A stretch of DNA of 32,000 bases from Candidatus Kuenenia stuttgartensis (GTDB lineage: Bacteria; Planctomycetota; Brocadiia; Brocadiales; Brocadiaceae): the NCBI RefSeq assembly GCF_900232105.1, contig NZ_LT934425.1, forward strand, positions 1,260,001-1,292,000, in the 5' to 3' direction. Shown one piece after another: positions 7,282 through 16,477 of this stretch. The notes beneath the pieces were generated by a model. It searched no databases. It had not been told where the DNA came from and was given only the letters and a program-made list of their open reading frames with translations. Within the stretch, counting starts at the first letter, position 1. The number at the start of each line of letters is the position of its first letter. The position numbers were made by a program, and so were the translations under genes.

Positions 7282-9939
7282 ATGAATACAGGTGAAATTC
7301 GCAATAAATTTTTAACATTCTTCGAAAAGAAATCCCATGTAATCTGGCCGGGAGATTCGCTTGTCCCGCAGGGAGACGCTACGCTTCTTTTTACGGGTGC
7401 AGGGATGAATCAGTTCAAAGATATGTTCCTTGGTAAGGGAAGATTAAATATAAAAAGGGCGACAACATGCCAAAAATGCCTTCGAACGGGGGATTTGGAA
7501 AATGTCGGCAGAACGGCTTCGCACCACACTTTTTTTGAAATGCTGGGCAATTTTTCCTTTGGCGATTATTTTAAAAGAGAAACCATTGCATGGGCGTGGG
7601 AGTTCCTGGTGCAGGAATTAAGGTTACCGGAAGAAAAACTTTTTGTCAGTGTGTATAAAGATGACCCCGAATCATACGAAATATGGGAAAAACATATCCG
7701 CATTCTCAAATCAAAAATCTATTCCTACGGCGAAAATGACAATTTTTGGCCTGCAAATGCCCCTGCGCAAGGCCCTAACGGACCTTGCGGCCCCTGCTCT
7801 GAAATATTTTACGACCAGGGAGCAGGCGTTGGTTGTGGTCGGGAAGAATGTGAACCTGCCTGCGATTGCGACCGCTTTGTCGAAATCTGGAATCTGGTAT
7901 TTACGCAATTTGACCGAAAAGAAGATGGCAGGCTGGAACCATTGCCCAATAAAAATGTAGATACAGGCATGGGACTGGAGAGAATGGCACGTGTCATGCA
8001 GGGAGTGCCGACAAACTTCGATATAGATATTTTTGCCCCTGTAATTAAATCGATAGAAGATATTACACACCTGCGGTATCATGATAAAAAAGAAAACGCC
8101 GTATGTATGCGCCGGATAGCCGACCATGTAAAGGCCTCTATTTTTTGCATTGCCGATGGCGTTTTGCCAGGGAATGAAGGGCGGGGATATGTGGAAAGGC
8201 GTTTACTGAGGAGGGCTATACGTGATGGCGCACAACTTGGCTTAAAAGAATGTTTTTTATACAAGCTCGTGCCAATTATCAGCGATCTGATGCAGGATTA
8301 TTATCCGGATATTAAACAACGCAGGGAGAATATCGCAAGGATCATAAAAAGCGAAGAAGAAAAATTCCTCGAAACTCTGGAACTGGGAACGGTACGGTTA
8401 AAAGAGTTAATGGATACAATGCAAAAGAATAAAATAAAGGAGCTTCCCGGAAAAGAGGCTTTTAAATTATATGATACATATGGCTTCCCTTTGGACATGA
8501 CCGAATTAATTCTCAAGGAACACGGTTTTTCCATGGATAGCGCCGGTGTTGAAGTGGAATTGAAACGCCAGCGGATGCAGGCAAGGTCGTCATCCTCTAT
8601 GACCGGCCAGGTATTTGACGCCGGTTTTTTGGGCAAGATTAAAGAGATATCAAAAGGCACAACATTCTTAGGGTACGAAAAGGATTCATGCAGGGCGAGG
8701 ATCATTGCTATTGTTCAGGGCGACTACCTTATCGAAAAGGCTGAAGCCGGAAGCGAGGTATCGATAGTTTTGGATCAGACGCCCTTTTATGGTGAGTCCG
8801 GCGGACAAATTGGAGACACGGGAATCCTTGAATCGGAGGGGAGTCATATTTGTATAACGGATACAAAAAAGAACGATTCCTTTATCATTCATATCGGAAA
8901 GATAACAAAAGGCATAGTGAGGACAGGCGATATGATTGATGCGCGAATAGATACGCACAGGAGGGGTTTAATAAAAAGAAATCATACGGCGACGCACGTG
9001 CTTCATTGGGTATTGCGGAATGTCATTGGCAGACATGCGGAACAGGCGGGTTCAATGGTGTCCCCGGACCGTCTACGCTTTGACTTTCATCACTTTTCCT
9101 CTTTGACGAAGGAGGAAATTAACCGTATCGAGGATCTGGTAAACGAAAAAATAATGGAAAATGCGCTCGTGTCGGTGAAAGAACAAACGCTTCAGGAAGC
9201 AAGAAATGCCGGCGCCGTAGCCCTTTTTGGAGAAAAATACGAGGAACGGGTCAGAATGGTTTCCATCGGAGATTTTAGCAAGGAACTTTGCGGCGGTACG
9301 CACATAAACAATACCGGAGAAATAGGACCCTTCAGAATCGTCGGGGAATCCTCTGTCGCTGCGGGAATACGTCGTATAGAGGCGATCACAGGCATTTCGG
9401 CATTAACCAGGGACCGGGAGAAGGAGGAGATTGTTCAGGAATTGTGCGGCATATTGAATGCGTGTGAGGAAGATCTTTCTTCAAAAACACAGGAACTCCT
9501 GAATGAAGTAAAAAAACTCCACAAAGAACTTCACAAACAAAAGCAAAAAGAATTATTGGAGAAAATTGATTCGCTTTCCGTGACTGCAAAAGAAGTTTCA
9601 GGCGTTAACATTATAACAAAGAGAATAGATAATGCATCGGCGGATGATATGAGAAGAACGGCGGACATGCTGATGAAATCAGAAAAGGAAACCGCGGTAG
9701 CATTAGGAAGTGTTCTGAATGGGCGTGTAATAGTAATTATTTCTTTAAGCACAGGCCTGGCTTCTCGTGGTTTGCATGCGGGGAGTATCTCAAAAGAGGT
9801 CGCAAAAATAGTCGGCGGCGGTGGCGGTGGAAGACCGGAGATGGCGCAAGCGGGCGGACAGGTGGTTGGTAAATTAGACGAAGCGCTTGATTTTGCCGAA
9901 ATGTTGTTCAGCAAAGAAATCCTGCAGAAGGTTTCTTAA
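7282..9939 (+). CDS. alaS: Alanyl-tRNA synthetase
   Basis: 885 aa. Motifs include HHTFFEMLGNFSFGDYFK, the editing-domain HTATHVL and CGGTH, and the C-terminal GGGGGRPEMAQAGG. The ATG is 3 nt after the recA stop. Confidence 0.98.
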   Translation: MNTGEIRNKFLTFFEKKSHVIWPGDSLVPQGDATLLFTGAGMNQFKDMFLGKGRLNIKRATTCQKCLRTGDLENVGRTASHHTFFEMLGNFSFGDYFKRETIAWAWEFLVQELRLPEEKLFVSVYKDDPESYEIWEKHIRILKSKIYSYGENDNFWPANAPAQGPNGPCGPCSEIFYDQGAGVGCGREECEPACDCDRFVEIWNLVFTQFDRKEDGRLEPLPNKNVDTGMGLERMARVMQGVPTNFDIDIFAPVIKSIEDITHLRYHDKKENAVCMRRIADHVKASIFCIADGVLPGNEGRGYVERRLLRRAIRDGAQLGLKECFLYKLVPIISDLMQDYYPDIKQRRENIARIIKSEEEKFLETLELGTVRLKELMDTMQKNKIKELPGKEAFKLYDTYGFPLDMTELILKEHGFSMDSAGVEVELKRQRMQARSSSSMTGQVFDAGFLGKIKEISKGTTFLGYEKDSCRARIIAIVQGDYLIEKAEAGSEVSIVLDQTPFYGESGGQIGDTGILESEGSHICITDTKKNDSFIIHIGKITKGIVRTGDMIDARIDTHRRGLIKRNHTATHVLHWVLRNVIGRHAEQAGSMVSPDRLRFDFHHFSSLTKEEINRIEDLVNEKIMENALVSVKEQTLQEARNAGAVALFGEKYEERVRMVSIGDFSKELCGGTHINNTGEIGPFRIVGESSVAAGIRRIEAITGISALTRDREKEEIVQELCGILNACEEDLSSKTQELLNEVKKLHKELHKQKQKELLEKIDSLSVTAKEVSGVNIITKRIDNASADDMRRTADMLMKSEKETAVALGSVLNGRVIVIISLSTGLASRGLHAGSISKEVAKIVGGGGGGRPEMAQAGGQVVGKLDEALDFAEMLFSKEILQKVS

Positions 9940-10186
9940 GTCAAAAGATAGCGACCTTTAATTTTATTGAGATTTTTAAAAAAACCATATTGTTGCCTTA
10001 ATTTTTTTGCAATTTGTCCTTTTTGCACATATAATTTTGTACCTCAGAGACTTGCGTTTAATATAAGGTAACATTTTGGTTTTCTGAAAAAATAGGGGCG
10101 AAGTATTTGCTATAGCTGGCATAAATACGTTCTTACCCAAACGGTAAAATTTTGCCGGTGTTGAGTCTGGATGCCTATAAATAGTA

Positions 10187-10215
10187 TTGTTAATTTAAAA
10201 AATAATGTGTATAAT
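10187..10215 (+). promoter_or_regulatory. Candidate sigma70 promoter for the rpmF-plsX-fab operon
   Basis: TTGTTA (10187-10192), a 17-nt spacer, then TATAAT (10210-10215), about 145 nt upstream of rpmF. Confidence 0.4.
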
Positions 10216-10360
10216 CCTGCTTCTATAAAATGAACGCATCAGGGAGAAAATATTTCCGGTATTATTGACAAAACCCGGTGAGATAACCATATGTATACTC
10301 CAGCATTGCTGATCAGTTTTGTGTAAACTATTAAATAAATTTTTAACAATGAGGTTTTAA

Positions 10361-10588
10361 ATGGCCAATCCAAAGAGGAGACATTCTAACTCAAGAACAC
10401 GTAAAAGACGTACGCACGATAAACTTACGGTTCCCGTTTTTCCATTAGATAAAAATTTAGAAAAGGGGGGGCGTATCCGCTCCAAACGTTATGTTTGTTC
10501 GCACTGTAAACAAATAAATCAACCGCATACCGTATGCCATAACTGCGGATATTACCGGGGCAGGCAGGTAATTTCTGTTGAAAGGTAA
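10361..10588 (+). CDS. rpmF: 50S ribosomal protein L32
   Basis: The N-terminus MANPKRRHSNSRTRKRRTHDKL is the L32 signature. The C4 zinc ribbon is retained (CSHC...CHNC). At 75 aa it is longer than usual because of an insertion of about 18 aa before the first CxxC. Confidence 0.92.
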   Translation: MANPKRRHSNSRTRKRRTHDKLTVPVFPLDKNLEKGGRIRSKRYVCSHCKQINQPHTVCHNCGYYRGRQVISVER

Positions 10589-10592
10589 ATTT

Positions 10593-11609
10593 ATGAGGAT
10601 TGCGGTAGACGCCATGGGCGGGGATAAGGCGCCGCAAGAAATTGTCAAAGGCTCTGTCCTGGCTGCGCAACAGGTGCCTGATGCTGAGATTATATTGGTT
10701 GGTGACGAAAACAGAATTAAACACGAATTATGTCTTGGCGGAACCATTCCCAAAAATATAACCATTCACCATGCGGCTCAGATAGTCGGCATGGAGGATC
10801 CTGCAACACATTCCATACGGCAAAAAATAAACTCTTCCATTACGCAAAGTGTTGAGTTGGTCGCTAAGAGGAAAGCGGATGCAATCGTCAGTGCGGGGCA
10901 TACGGGGGCAACGGTAGCGGCGGCAATGCTACACATGAAAACATTGAAAGGCATTCGTCGTCCAGGCATTGCGATATCCCTTCCCACCCTCCATGGATCA
11001 TGTCTTATTATCGATGCAGGCGCCAATATCAGTTGCAAGCCATTACACTTGTATCAGTATGGAATTATGGCGTCAACTGTCTGCAAGCACCTAATGAATA
11101 TAGAAAATCCCAAGGTTGGACTTCTCAATATAGGAGAAGAGGACGCAAAGGGAAACGATCTGGTTCGGGAAACCTTTTCGCTTCTTTCCAACGCACATTT
11201 AAATTTTATCGGAAATATTGAAAGCCGTGAGATATTTGATGGCAAGGCAGATGTCGTCGTTTGTGAAGGGTTTGTGGGAAATGTAATATTGAAATTTGCA
11301 GAGGGGATGGCAAAGAACCTTCTTACCACGATAAAAGCAGAATCAATGAATAGGTTTTGGGCAAAACTTGGACTGCTTTTGTGCAAACCGGTTTTCCAAT
11401 CGATAAAAACAAAGATGGATTTTGCCGAATACGGAGGTGTTCCTTTGCTGGGGATAAATGGCATTTGTATTATTTGCCATGGGAGATCTGACGCACGGAC
11501 TATACAAAATGCCATAAAAGCGGCATTAAAATTAACTAAAACGGAAATTAATGAGTATATTATTTCAGAACTGGAGAAATCCAATACACTTACGGCAGAA
11601 GTTGCTTAA
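10593..11609 (+). CDS. plsX: Phosphate acyltransferase PlsX
   Basis: MRIAVDAMGGDKAP is the canonical PlsX N-terminus. The ORF track offers an upstream TTG at 10578 that overlaps rpmF. ATG 10593 with AAAGG 9 nt upstream is more likely. Confidence 0.93.
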   Translation: MRIAVDAMGGDKAPQEIVKGSVLAAQQVPDAEIILVGDENRIKHELCLGGTIPKNITIHHAAQIVGMEDPATHSIRQKINSSITQSVELVAKRKADAIVSAGHTGATVAAAMLHMKTLKGIRRPGIAISLPTLHGSCLIIDAGANISCKPLHLYQYGIMASTVCKHLMNIENPKVGLLNIGEEDAKGNDLVRETFSLLSNAHLNFIGNIESREIFDGKADVVVCEGFVGNVILKFAEGMAKNLLTTIKAESMNRFWAKLGLLLCKPVFQSIKTKMDFAEYGGVPLLGINGICIICHGRSDARTIQNAIKAALKLTKTEINEYIISELEKSNTLTAEVA

Positions 11610-11648
11610 GTTTTTAAAGGCTTTACACCTTCTCTGGGCAATGAGAAA

Positions 11649-12644
11649 TTGAACGTACGCCAAAATCAAATAACATCGATAACAGGGATAGGGTCATACC
11701 TCCCTGAAAAGATATTAACCAATCATGCTCTGGAAAAATTGGTAGACACTACGGACGATTGGATTCTGCAAAGGACAGGAATAAGAGAGCGTCGTATTGT
11801 TGAAAATGGAGTGACAACATCAGATCTTGGCGCCATCGCCTCGTTAAAAGCAATAGAAAATGCCGGGATATCCGCGGAAGAGATCGATATGATTATTACT
11901 TCCACCATTACCCCCGACTACCTTTTTCCTTCTACTTCCTGTTGTTTACAAAAGCAAATTGGTGCTGTCCATGCAAGCGCATTTGATATTTCAGCGGCTT
12001 GTGCCGGATTTGTGTATGCGCTTTCCATCGGGCAAAGTGTTATAAATTCGGGTGCCGCAAAAACTGTTTTGGTGGTGGGCGCAGAATGTTTGTCAAAGAT
12101 TACCGACTATACAGACCGGGCAACCTGTATTTTGTTTGGAGACGGTGCCGGTGCCGTCATACTTCAAAACAATAAGGAAAAACATCAGATATTAGACACA
12201 CGATTGGTCTCTGATGGAACGTATACGGACGTACTTATAATACCCGGCGGCGGCTCAAAACATCCTGCCACCATAGAATCGGTGCAGGAAAGGTTGCATT
12301 ACATTCGGTTTAAAGGAAGGGAGGTATTTAAACTCGCAATTAATACCATTACCAACCTGGTGATAGAAACCGCACAAAGAAATGGTTTTGCCGTTCAGGA
12401 TATCGATTTAATTATCCCTCACCAAAGCAACCTGAGAATTATTGAAGCGACCATGGAAAGACTTAAACTGCCCATGGAAAAGGCATTTGTAAATATTGAT
12501 AAATATGGGAATACATCTTCTGCTTCAGTTCCAATAGCAATTGATGAGGCGCAACAGGAAGGAAGACTCAAGAAAGGCGATTTAGTGATGTTGGTAGCCT
12601 TCGGGGGCGGATTGACCTGGGGATCATGTGTTGTTAGGTGGTAG
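11649..12644 (+). CDS. fabH: 3-oxoacyl-ACP synthase III
   Basis: Catalytic Cys in DISAACAGFVYAL, His in PHQSNLRII and Asn in YGNTSSAS. The start is TTG and no in-frame ATG alternative lies nearby. Confidence 0.93.
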   Translation: MNVRQNQITSITGIGSYLPEKILTNHALEKLVDTTDDWILQRTGIRERRIVENGVTTSDLGAIASLKAIENAGISAEEIDMIITSTITPDYLFPSTSCCLQKQIGAVHASAFDISAACAGFVYALSIGQSVINSGAAKTVLVVGAECLSKITDYTDRATCILFGDGAGAVILQNNKEKHQILDTRLVSDGTYTDVLIIPGGGSKHPATIESVQERLHYIRFKGREVFKLAINTITNLVIETAQRNGFAVQDIDLIIPHQSNLRIIEATMERLKLPMEKAFVNIDKYGNTSSASVPIAIDEAQQEGRLKKGDLVMLVAFGGGLTWGSCVVRW

Positions 12645-12650
12645 AATATT

Positions 12651-13571
12651 ATGCGGAAAACAGCCTTTCTTTTTCCAGGTCAGGGTACCCAATTGGTGGG
12701 CATGGGGAAAGATTTTTACAAAGAATACAAAGAAGCTCGCGAAATTTTCAACCAGGCAAATGATGCGTTAGGGTTTGACCTTGCATCTTTATGTTTTGAG
12801 GGAAATCAGGAGGAATTAAACAAGACGTCTCTTAGCCAGCCGGCTATATTGGTGACTTCCATTGCAATACTTGAAGTGTTGAAGGAAATTTCTTTTTTTA
12901 AGAAAACCACCTGTGATGCGGTTGCCGGGCTGAGCCTGGGAGAATACACTGCACATGTATCGGCTGGTTCTGTTGCTTTTGCAGATGCGGTAAAACTGGT
13001 GTATAAGCGTGGCATATATATGCAGGAGGCCTGTGAGAAAAGTTCCGGAGGAATGGCTTCTGTCATTGGACTGGAAGATGAGAAAATAGAACATATTTGC
13101 AGGGAATTGAAACCGTTTGGTGTTATCTGCGCCGCAAATTATAATAGCCCAGGACAGGTAGTAATATCAGGAGAATCAAATGTACTGGAACGGGCGGTTC
13201 TATTGGCAAAAGAAAGAGGCGCCAGGATGGTAATCCCGTTAAAAGTGCAGGGTGCATTTCATTCCGGTCTAATGACTCCTGCCAGTGACAAGCTTTATTC
13301 CGAACTGGAATCAACGGTTATCTCAAAACCCGGAGTTCCCGTAGTTGCAAACATTAACGCAGAGTATGTTTCCAATCCGGAGGAAATAAGAACAGCTCTG
13401 ATAAAACAGCTAAACAGTCCTGTCAAATGGTATCAATCTATGCAGAAACTGATACAGGATGGATTTTCTCAATTTTATGAAATAGGGCCTGGAAAAACCT
13501 TGTCGGGACTTATGAAAAAAATTGATCCTGCTCAGCAAGTCAAAAGTTTTAGCACAATAGCAGATCTTTAA
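12651..13571 (+). CDS. fabD: Malonyl-CoA:ACP transacylase
   Basis: FPGQGTQ N-terminus, active-site GLSLGEY, and QGAFHS. Confidence 0.94.
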   Translation: MRKTAFLFPGQGTQLVGMGKDFYKEYKEAREIFNQANDALGFDLASLCFEGNQEELNKTSLSQPAILVTSIAILEVLKEISFFKKTTCDAVAGLSLGEYTAHVSAGSVAFADAVKLVYKRGIYMQEACEKSSGGMASVIGLEDEKIEHICRELKPFGVICAANYNSPGQVVISGESNVLERAVLLAKERGARMVIPLKVQGAFHSGLMTPASDKLYSELESTVISKPGVPVVANINAEYVSNPEEIRTALIKQLNSPVKWYQSMQKLIQDGFSQFYEIGPGKTLSGLMKKIDPAQQVKSFSTIADL

Positions 13572-13615
13572 TTGCGCAGTAAATTTGAATTGTTTTTAAC
13601 AAGGAGGTAAAAATC

Positions 13616-13849
13616 GTGACGTCCGTCGGAGAAAAAGTAAGAGAAATTATCACAAAACAAATGGGGGTAAAAGCGGAACAGATAACACATGAAACATCCT
13701 TTGTCAATGATTTAGGCGCAGATTCGCTCGATACAGTGGAACTAATTATGGAATTTGAAGATGCATTTGATATGAATATTCCTGATGAAGATGCTGAAAA
13801 AATACGTACGGTGGGAGATGCAGTTAAATATATAGAGGAACACAAATAA
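13616..13849 (+). CDS. acpP: Acyl carrier protein
   Basis: 77 aa with the phosphopantetheine attachment motif [19 protein letters not shown] start, with AAGGAGG 7 nt upstream. Confidence 0.95.
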   Translation: MTSVGEKVREIITKQMGVKAEQITHETSFVNDLGADSLDTVELIMEFEDAFDMNIPDEDAEKIRTVGDAVKYIEEHK

Positions 13850-15094
13850 ATGCACGGAAGAAAAAGAGTCGTCATTACGGGTACCGGAGCAATAACTTCT
13901 CTGGGGAGGGAAAAAAAGGAACTCTGGTCTGCATTGTGCAACGGTGAAAGCGGCATTAAACCCATTACTTCTTTTGATACTACCGCATTTGAGGTGAAAT
14001 TTGGCGGCGAAGTAAGCGATTTTAACCCGGCAGAGTGGCTTGATACCAAAGAGGCCAGGAGACTTGACAGATTTTCACAATTCGCGATAGCGGCGACCGA
14101 TATTGCAGTAACAGATGCGGGTTTAAACTTTGACGCAATCGATACCGCGCGTGTTGGTGTCTTTATAGGATCCGGTATGGGTGGCCTTTTGGAATTTGAG
14201 GCGCAACACAAAAATCTGTTAAATAAAGGGCCATCAAGGGTTTCCCCTTTTATGGTTCCTAAACTAATGGCGAACGCAGCTTCCGCACATGCAGCAATCC
14301 GGTATGGTTTAAGAGGCCCTAATTTTGCAGTAGTTGCCGCTTGTACAACAGGGGTAATCTCCATAGGGGAAGCAGTGCGGGTAATTCAGAGAGGCGACGC
14401 AGACATCATGATTACAGGAAGTTCTGAGGCAGTTATTACCCCTTTAGCCGTAGCCGGGTTTGGCGCAATGAAGGCATTGTCTACCCACAACAGTGAACCG
14501 CAGAAAGCGAGCCGTCCATTTGATAAAAACCGTGATGGCTTTGTCATCTCTGAGGGGGCGGGAATAGTCGTTATCGAAGAACTGGAGGCTGCCAAAAAAA
14601 GAGGGGCAACAATCTATGCGGAGATATTGGGATATGGCATGACTGCCGATGCATACCATATTGCCGCTCCCAATAGCAACGGCGAGGGTGCAATACGATG
14701 CATGACGCATGCTTTAAACGACGCCGGATGCGGCGTTGAAACGATAGATTACATAAACGCCCATGCGACGTCTACCCCGCTTGGAGATCAGATAGAGGTG
14801 GGGGCTATTAAGAAGGTTTTTGGCGACCATGCTTCAAAAATTCCAGTGAGTTCTACCAAATCTATGCTTGGACACCAGCTTGGAGCTTCGGGAAGCGTAG
14901 AAATTATCATTTGTGCGTTTGCACTGAATGAAGGAGTTATTCCCCCAACAATAAATTATGAAACTCCTGATCCACAGTGCTCAGGACTTGATTTTGTTCC
15001 TAACGAAGCACGCGAAAAAAAGATTCATAAGACACTTTCTAATTCATTTGGATTTGGTGGACATAATGCAACCATCATCCTTGGCAAAGTATAA
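13850..15094 (+). CDS. fabF: 3-oxoacyl-ACP synthase II
   Basis: Active-site Cys in VVAACTTG, plus HATSTPLGD and GHQLGASG. The ATG immediately follows the acpP stop (TAAATG). Confidence 0.96.
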   Translation: MHGRKRVVITGTGAITSLGREKKELWSALCNGESGIKPITSFDTTAFEVKFGGEVSDFNPAEWLDTKEARRLDRFSQFAIAATDIAVTDAGLNFDAIDTARVGVFIGSGMGGLLEFEAQHKNLLNKGPSRVSPFMVPKLMANAASAHAAIRYGLRGPNFAVVAACTTGVISIGEAVRVIQRGDADIMITGSSEAVITPLAVAGFGAMKALSTHNSEPQKASRPFDKNRDGFVISEGAGIVVIEELEAAKKRGATIYAEILGYGMTADAYHIAAPNSNGEGAIRCMTHALNDAGCGVETIDYINAHATSTPLGDQIEVGAIKKVFGDHASKIPVSSTKSMLGHQLGASGSVEIIICAFALNEGVIPPTINYETPDPQCSGLDFVPNEAREKKIHKTLSNSFGFGGHNATIILGKV

Positions 15095-15112
15095 TGCGTT
15101 AAGGGCGGGACA

Positions 15113-15199
15113 ATAGTACCTTAAAAGTTATTTCTTTGCATACTTCCATTCGTCAGTGCGTGCTTTTTGTCAAAATATTTAAGGATGAAATACGAAAAC
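15113..15199. repeat. Intergenic repeat, module 1, copy B
   Basis: ATAGTACCTTAAAAGTTATTTCTTTGCATACTTCCATTCGTCAGTGCGTGCTTTTTGTCAAAATATTTAAGGATGAAATACGAAAAC aligns with 3779-3863. It begins 18 nt after the fabF stop. Confidence 0.8.
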
Positions 15200-15250
15200 A
15201 ACTTCTAATGACAAAATGATTTGCATTTTATGTCTTGTCATTAGAAGTTG
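15199..15250. repeat. 16-bp perfect-stem hairpin (repeat module 2)
   Basis: CAACTTCTAATGACAA (15199-15214), a 20-nt loop, then TTGTCATTAGAAGTTG (15235-15250). It abuts module 1 copy B, and arm-related sequence recurs at 5408-5442. Confidence 0.75.
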
Positions 15251-15449
15251 TTTGGGCAATTATCAATTGTCATATGAACGTATCAACACTACGCAATCAT
15301 TCTCCTGCCAATCTGGTTCTTTTTTTTGTTTACATCAATTTTCAACCGATTTTTCATCACGTCATGTGTTTTCATTGAATTAGTGAAATAATTTAATAAC
15401 GGAAGTTTTGAAATATTTTTAGAAAAATAGGCTTCTTTGGCCATACACC

Positions 15450-16457
15450 ATGAAATATACCCTACACCAAATTCAAGCAATCATAGGTGGCAAAATCCTT
15501 GGCGATGAGGAAACCGTTATCACCGGTATTGCCGGCATTGAAAATGCGGGTGAAGGGGATATTTCTTTTGTTAAAAATGATACGCTCATCCGGCAGGCTC
15601 TTTCTTCTCAGGCTTCTGCATTTATAGTACACCAGGAAATTTCTGCATTAAAAAAACCCTGTATCATACTACAAAATCCGTTTTTTGCGTTTACCCTCCT
15701 CATGGGCGATGCTGCAAAAAAAAGATTTGCCCGTCAGGCAAGCATCCATACTTCCGCAATTATCAGCAGCAGCGCTGCAATTGGCAAGGATGCCTCTATT
15801 GGCGCGTACGTTGTAATAGAAGATAACGCTGTAATTGGAAACAATGTTGTCATTTATCCCGGTACGTTCATTGGAAAGGATTGCAAAATCGGAGACAATG
15901 CCCTTATTTATGCGAATGTCACTATCAGGGAAAAATGTAGTATTGGCAGAAGGGTAATTATTCATTGTAACAGTGTTATTGGCGATGATGGTTTCGGTTA
16001 CCTCCAAATGGAAAAAAAACACATCAAGATCCCCCAAATAGGAACGGTGGAAATTGGAGATGATGTGGAAATCGGATCAATGGTAACTGTTTGCCGCGCG
16101 GCCATAGATAAAACAATCATCGGAAACGGCGTAAAAATAGACAATCATTCGCATATCGCGCATAATGTGGAAATTGGGGAGAATACAATGCTCGTAGGCT
16201 ATGCAAAAATTGCCGGCAGCGTAAAAATCGGGAAAAATGTTATGGTTGCCGGAGACGTAGACATTACTGGCCATGCAACAATCGGGGATAATTGCGTTAT
16301 AGGCGGAGGATCGAAGGTCCACAAAAACCTCAAACCAGGCGCTATTGTCTGGGGCGCTCCGGCAAAGCCGATATCTGAAGAAAAGCGAATACAGGTGTTA
16401 TTGAGAAAACTGCCCGAAATGTATCAGGCGATTAAAAAAGTAATGCATACATCATAA
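15450..16457 (+). CDS. lpxD: UDP-3-O-(3-hydroxyacyl)glucosamine N-acyltransferase
   Basis: 335 aa with an LpxD-type N-terminal domain (ISFVKNDTLIRQA) followed by a long run of hexapeptide repeats (left-handed beta-helix). Confidence 0.9.
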   Translation: MKYTLHQIQAIIGGKILGDEETVITGIAGIENAGEGDISFVKNDTLIRQALSSQASAFIVHQEISALKKPCIILQNPFFAFTLLMGDAAKKRFARQASIHTSAIISSSAAIGKDASIGAYVVIEDNAVIGNNVVIYPGTFIGKDCKIGDNALIYANVTIREKCSIGRRVIIHCNSVIGDDGFGYLQMEKKHIKIPQIGTVEIGDDVEIGSMVTVCRAAIDKTIIGNGVKIDNHSHIAHNVEIGENTMLVGYAKIAGSVKIGKNVMVAGDVDITGHATIGDNCVIGGGSKVHKNLKPGAIVWGAPAKPISEEKRIQVLLRKLPEMYQAIKKVMHTS

Positions 16458-16477
16458 ACCGGGAGAGGAAATCGTAT

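Noticed and set aside
7984-7999. TGGCACGTGTCATGCA, a near-perfect sigma54 -24/-12 match on the + strand
   Set aside because: It lies inside alaS and encodes the conserved segment ...ERMARVMQG.... No gene start lies downstream and no enhancer-like palindromes lie upstream. It is most likely coincidental.
10578-10592. Upstream TTG start for plsX overlapping rpmF (ORF-track start)
   Set aside because: The canonical PlsX N-terminus MRIAVDAMGGD begins at ATG 10593, with a purine-rich SD-like AAAGG 9 nt upstream. The 5-codon extension is unnecessary.
11054-11584. 176-aa ORF on the minus strand
   Set aside because: It is antisense to the well-supported plsX gene and has no recognisable motifs or SD. 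It is a shadow ORF. The same reasoning applies to the other 60-140-aa antisense ORFs in the track, for example 7711-8127, 8301-8705, 9531-9914, 15669-16037 and 28486-28878.
13549-14364. 271-aa ORF on the minus strand
   Set aside because: It lies entirely antisense to acpP and fabF, which have unmistakable catalytic motifs. Its translation is low-complexity Ser/Ala/Ile-rich, so it is a shadow ORF.
16458-16477. Possibility of a glmS ribozyme upstream of glmS
   Set aside because: Only 20 nt separate the lpxD stop from the glmS ATG, which is far too short for the ribozyme of about 170 nt. glmS appears co-transcribed with lpxD.
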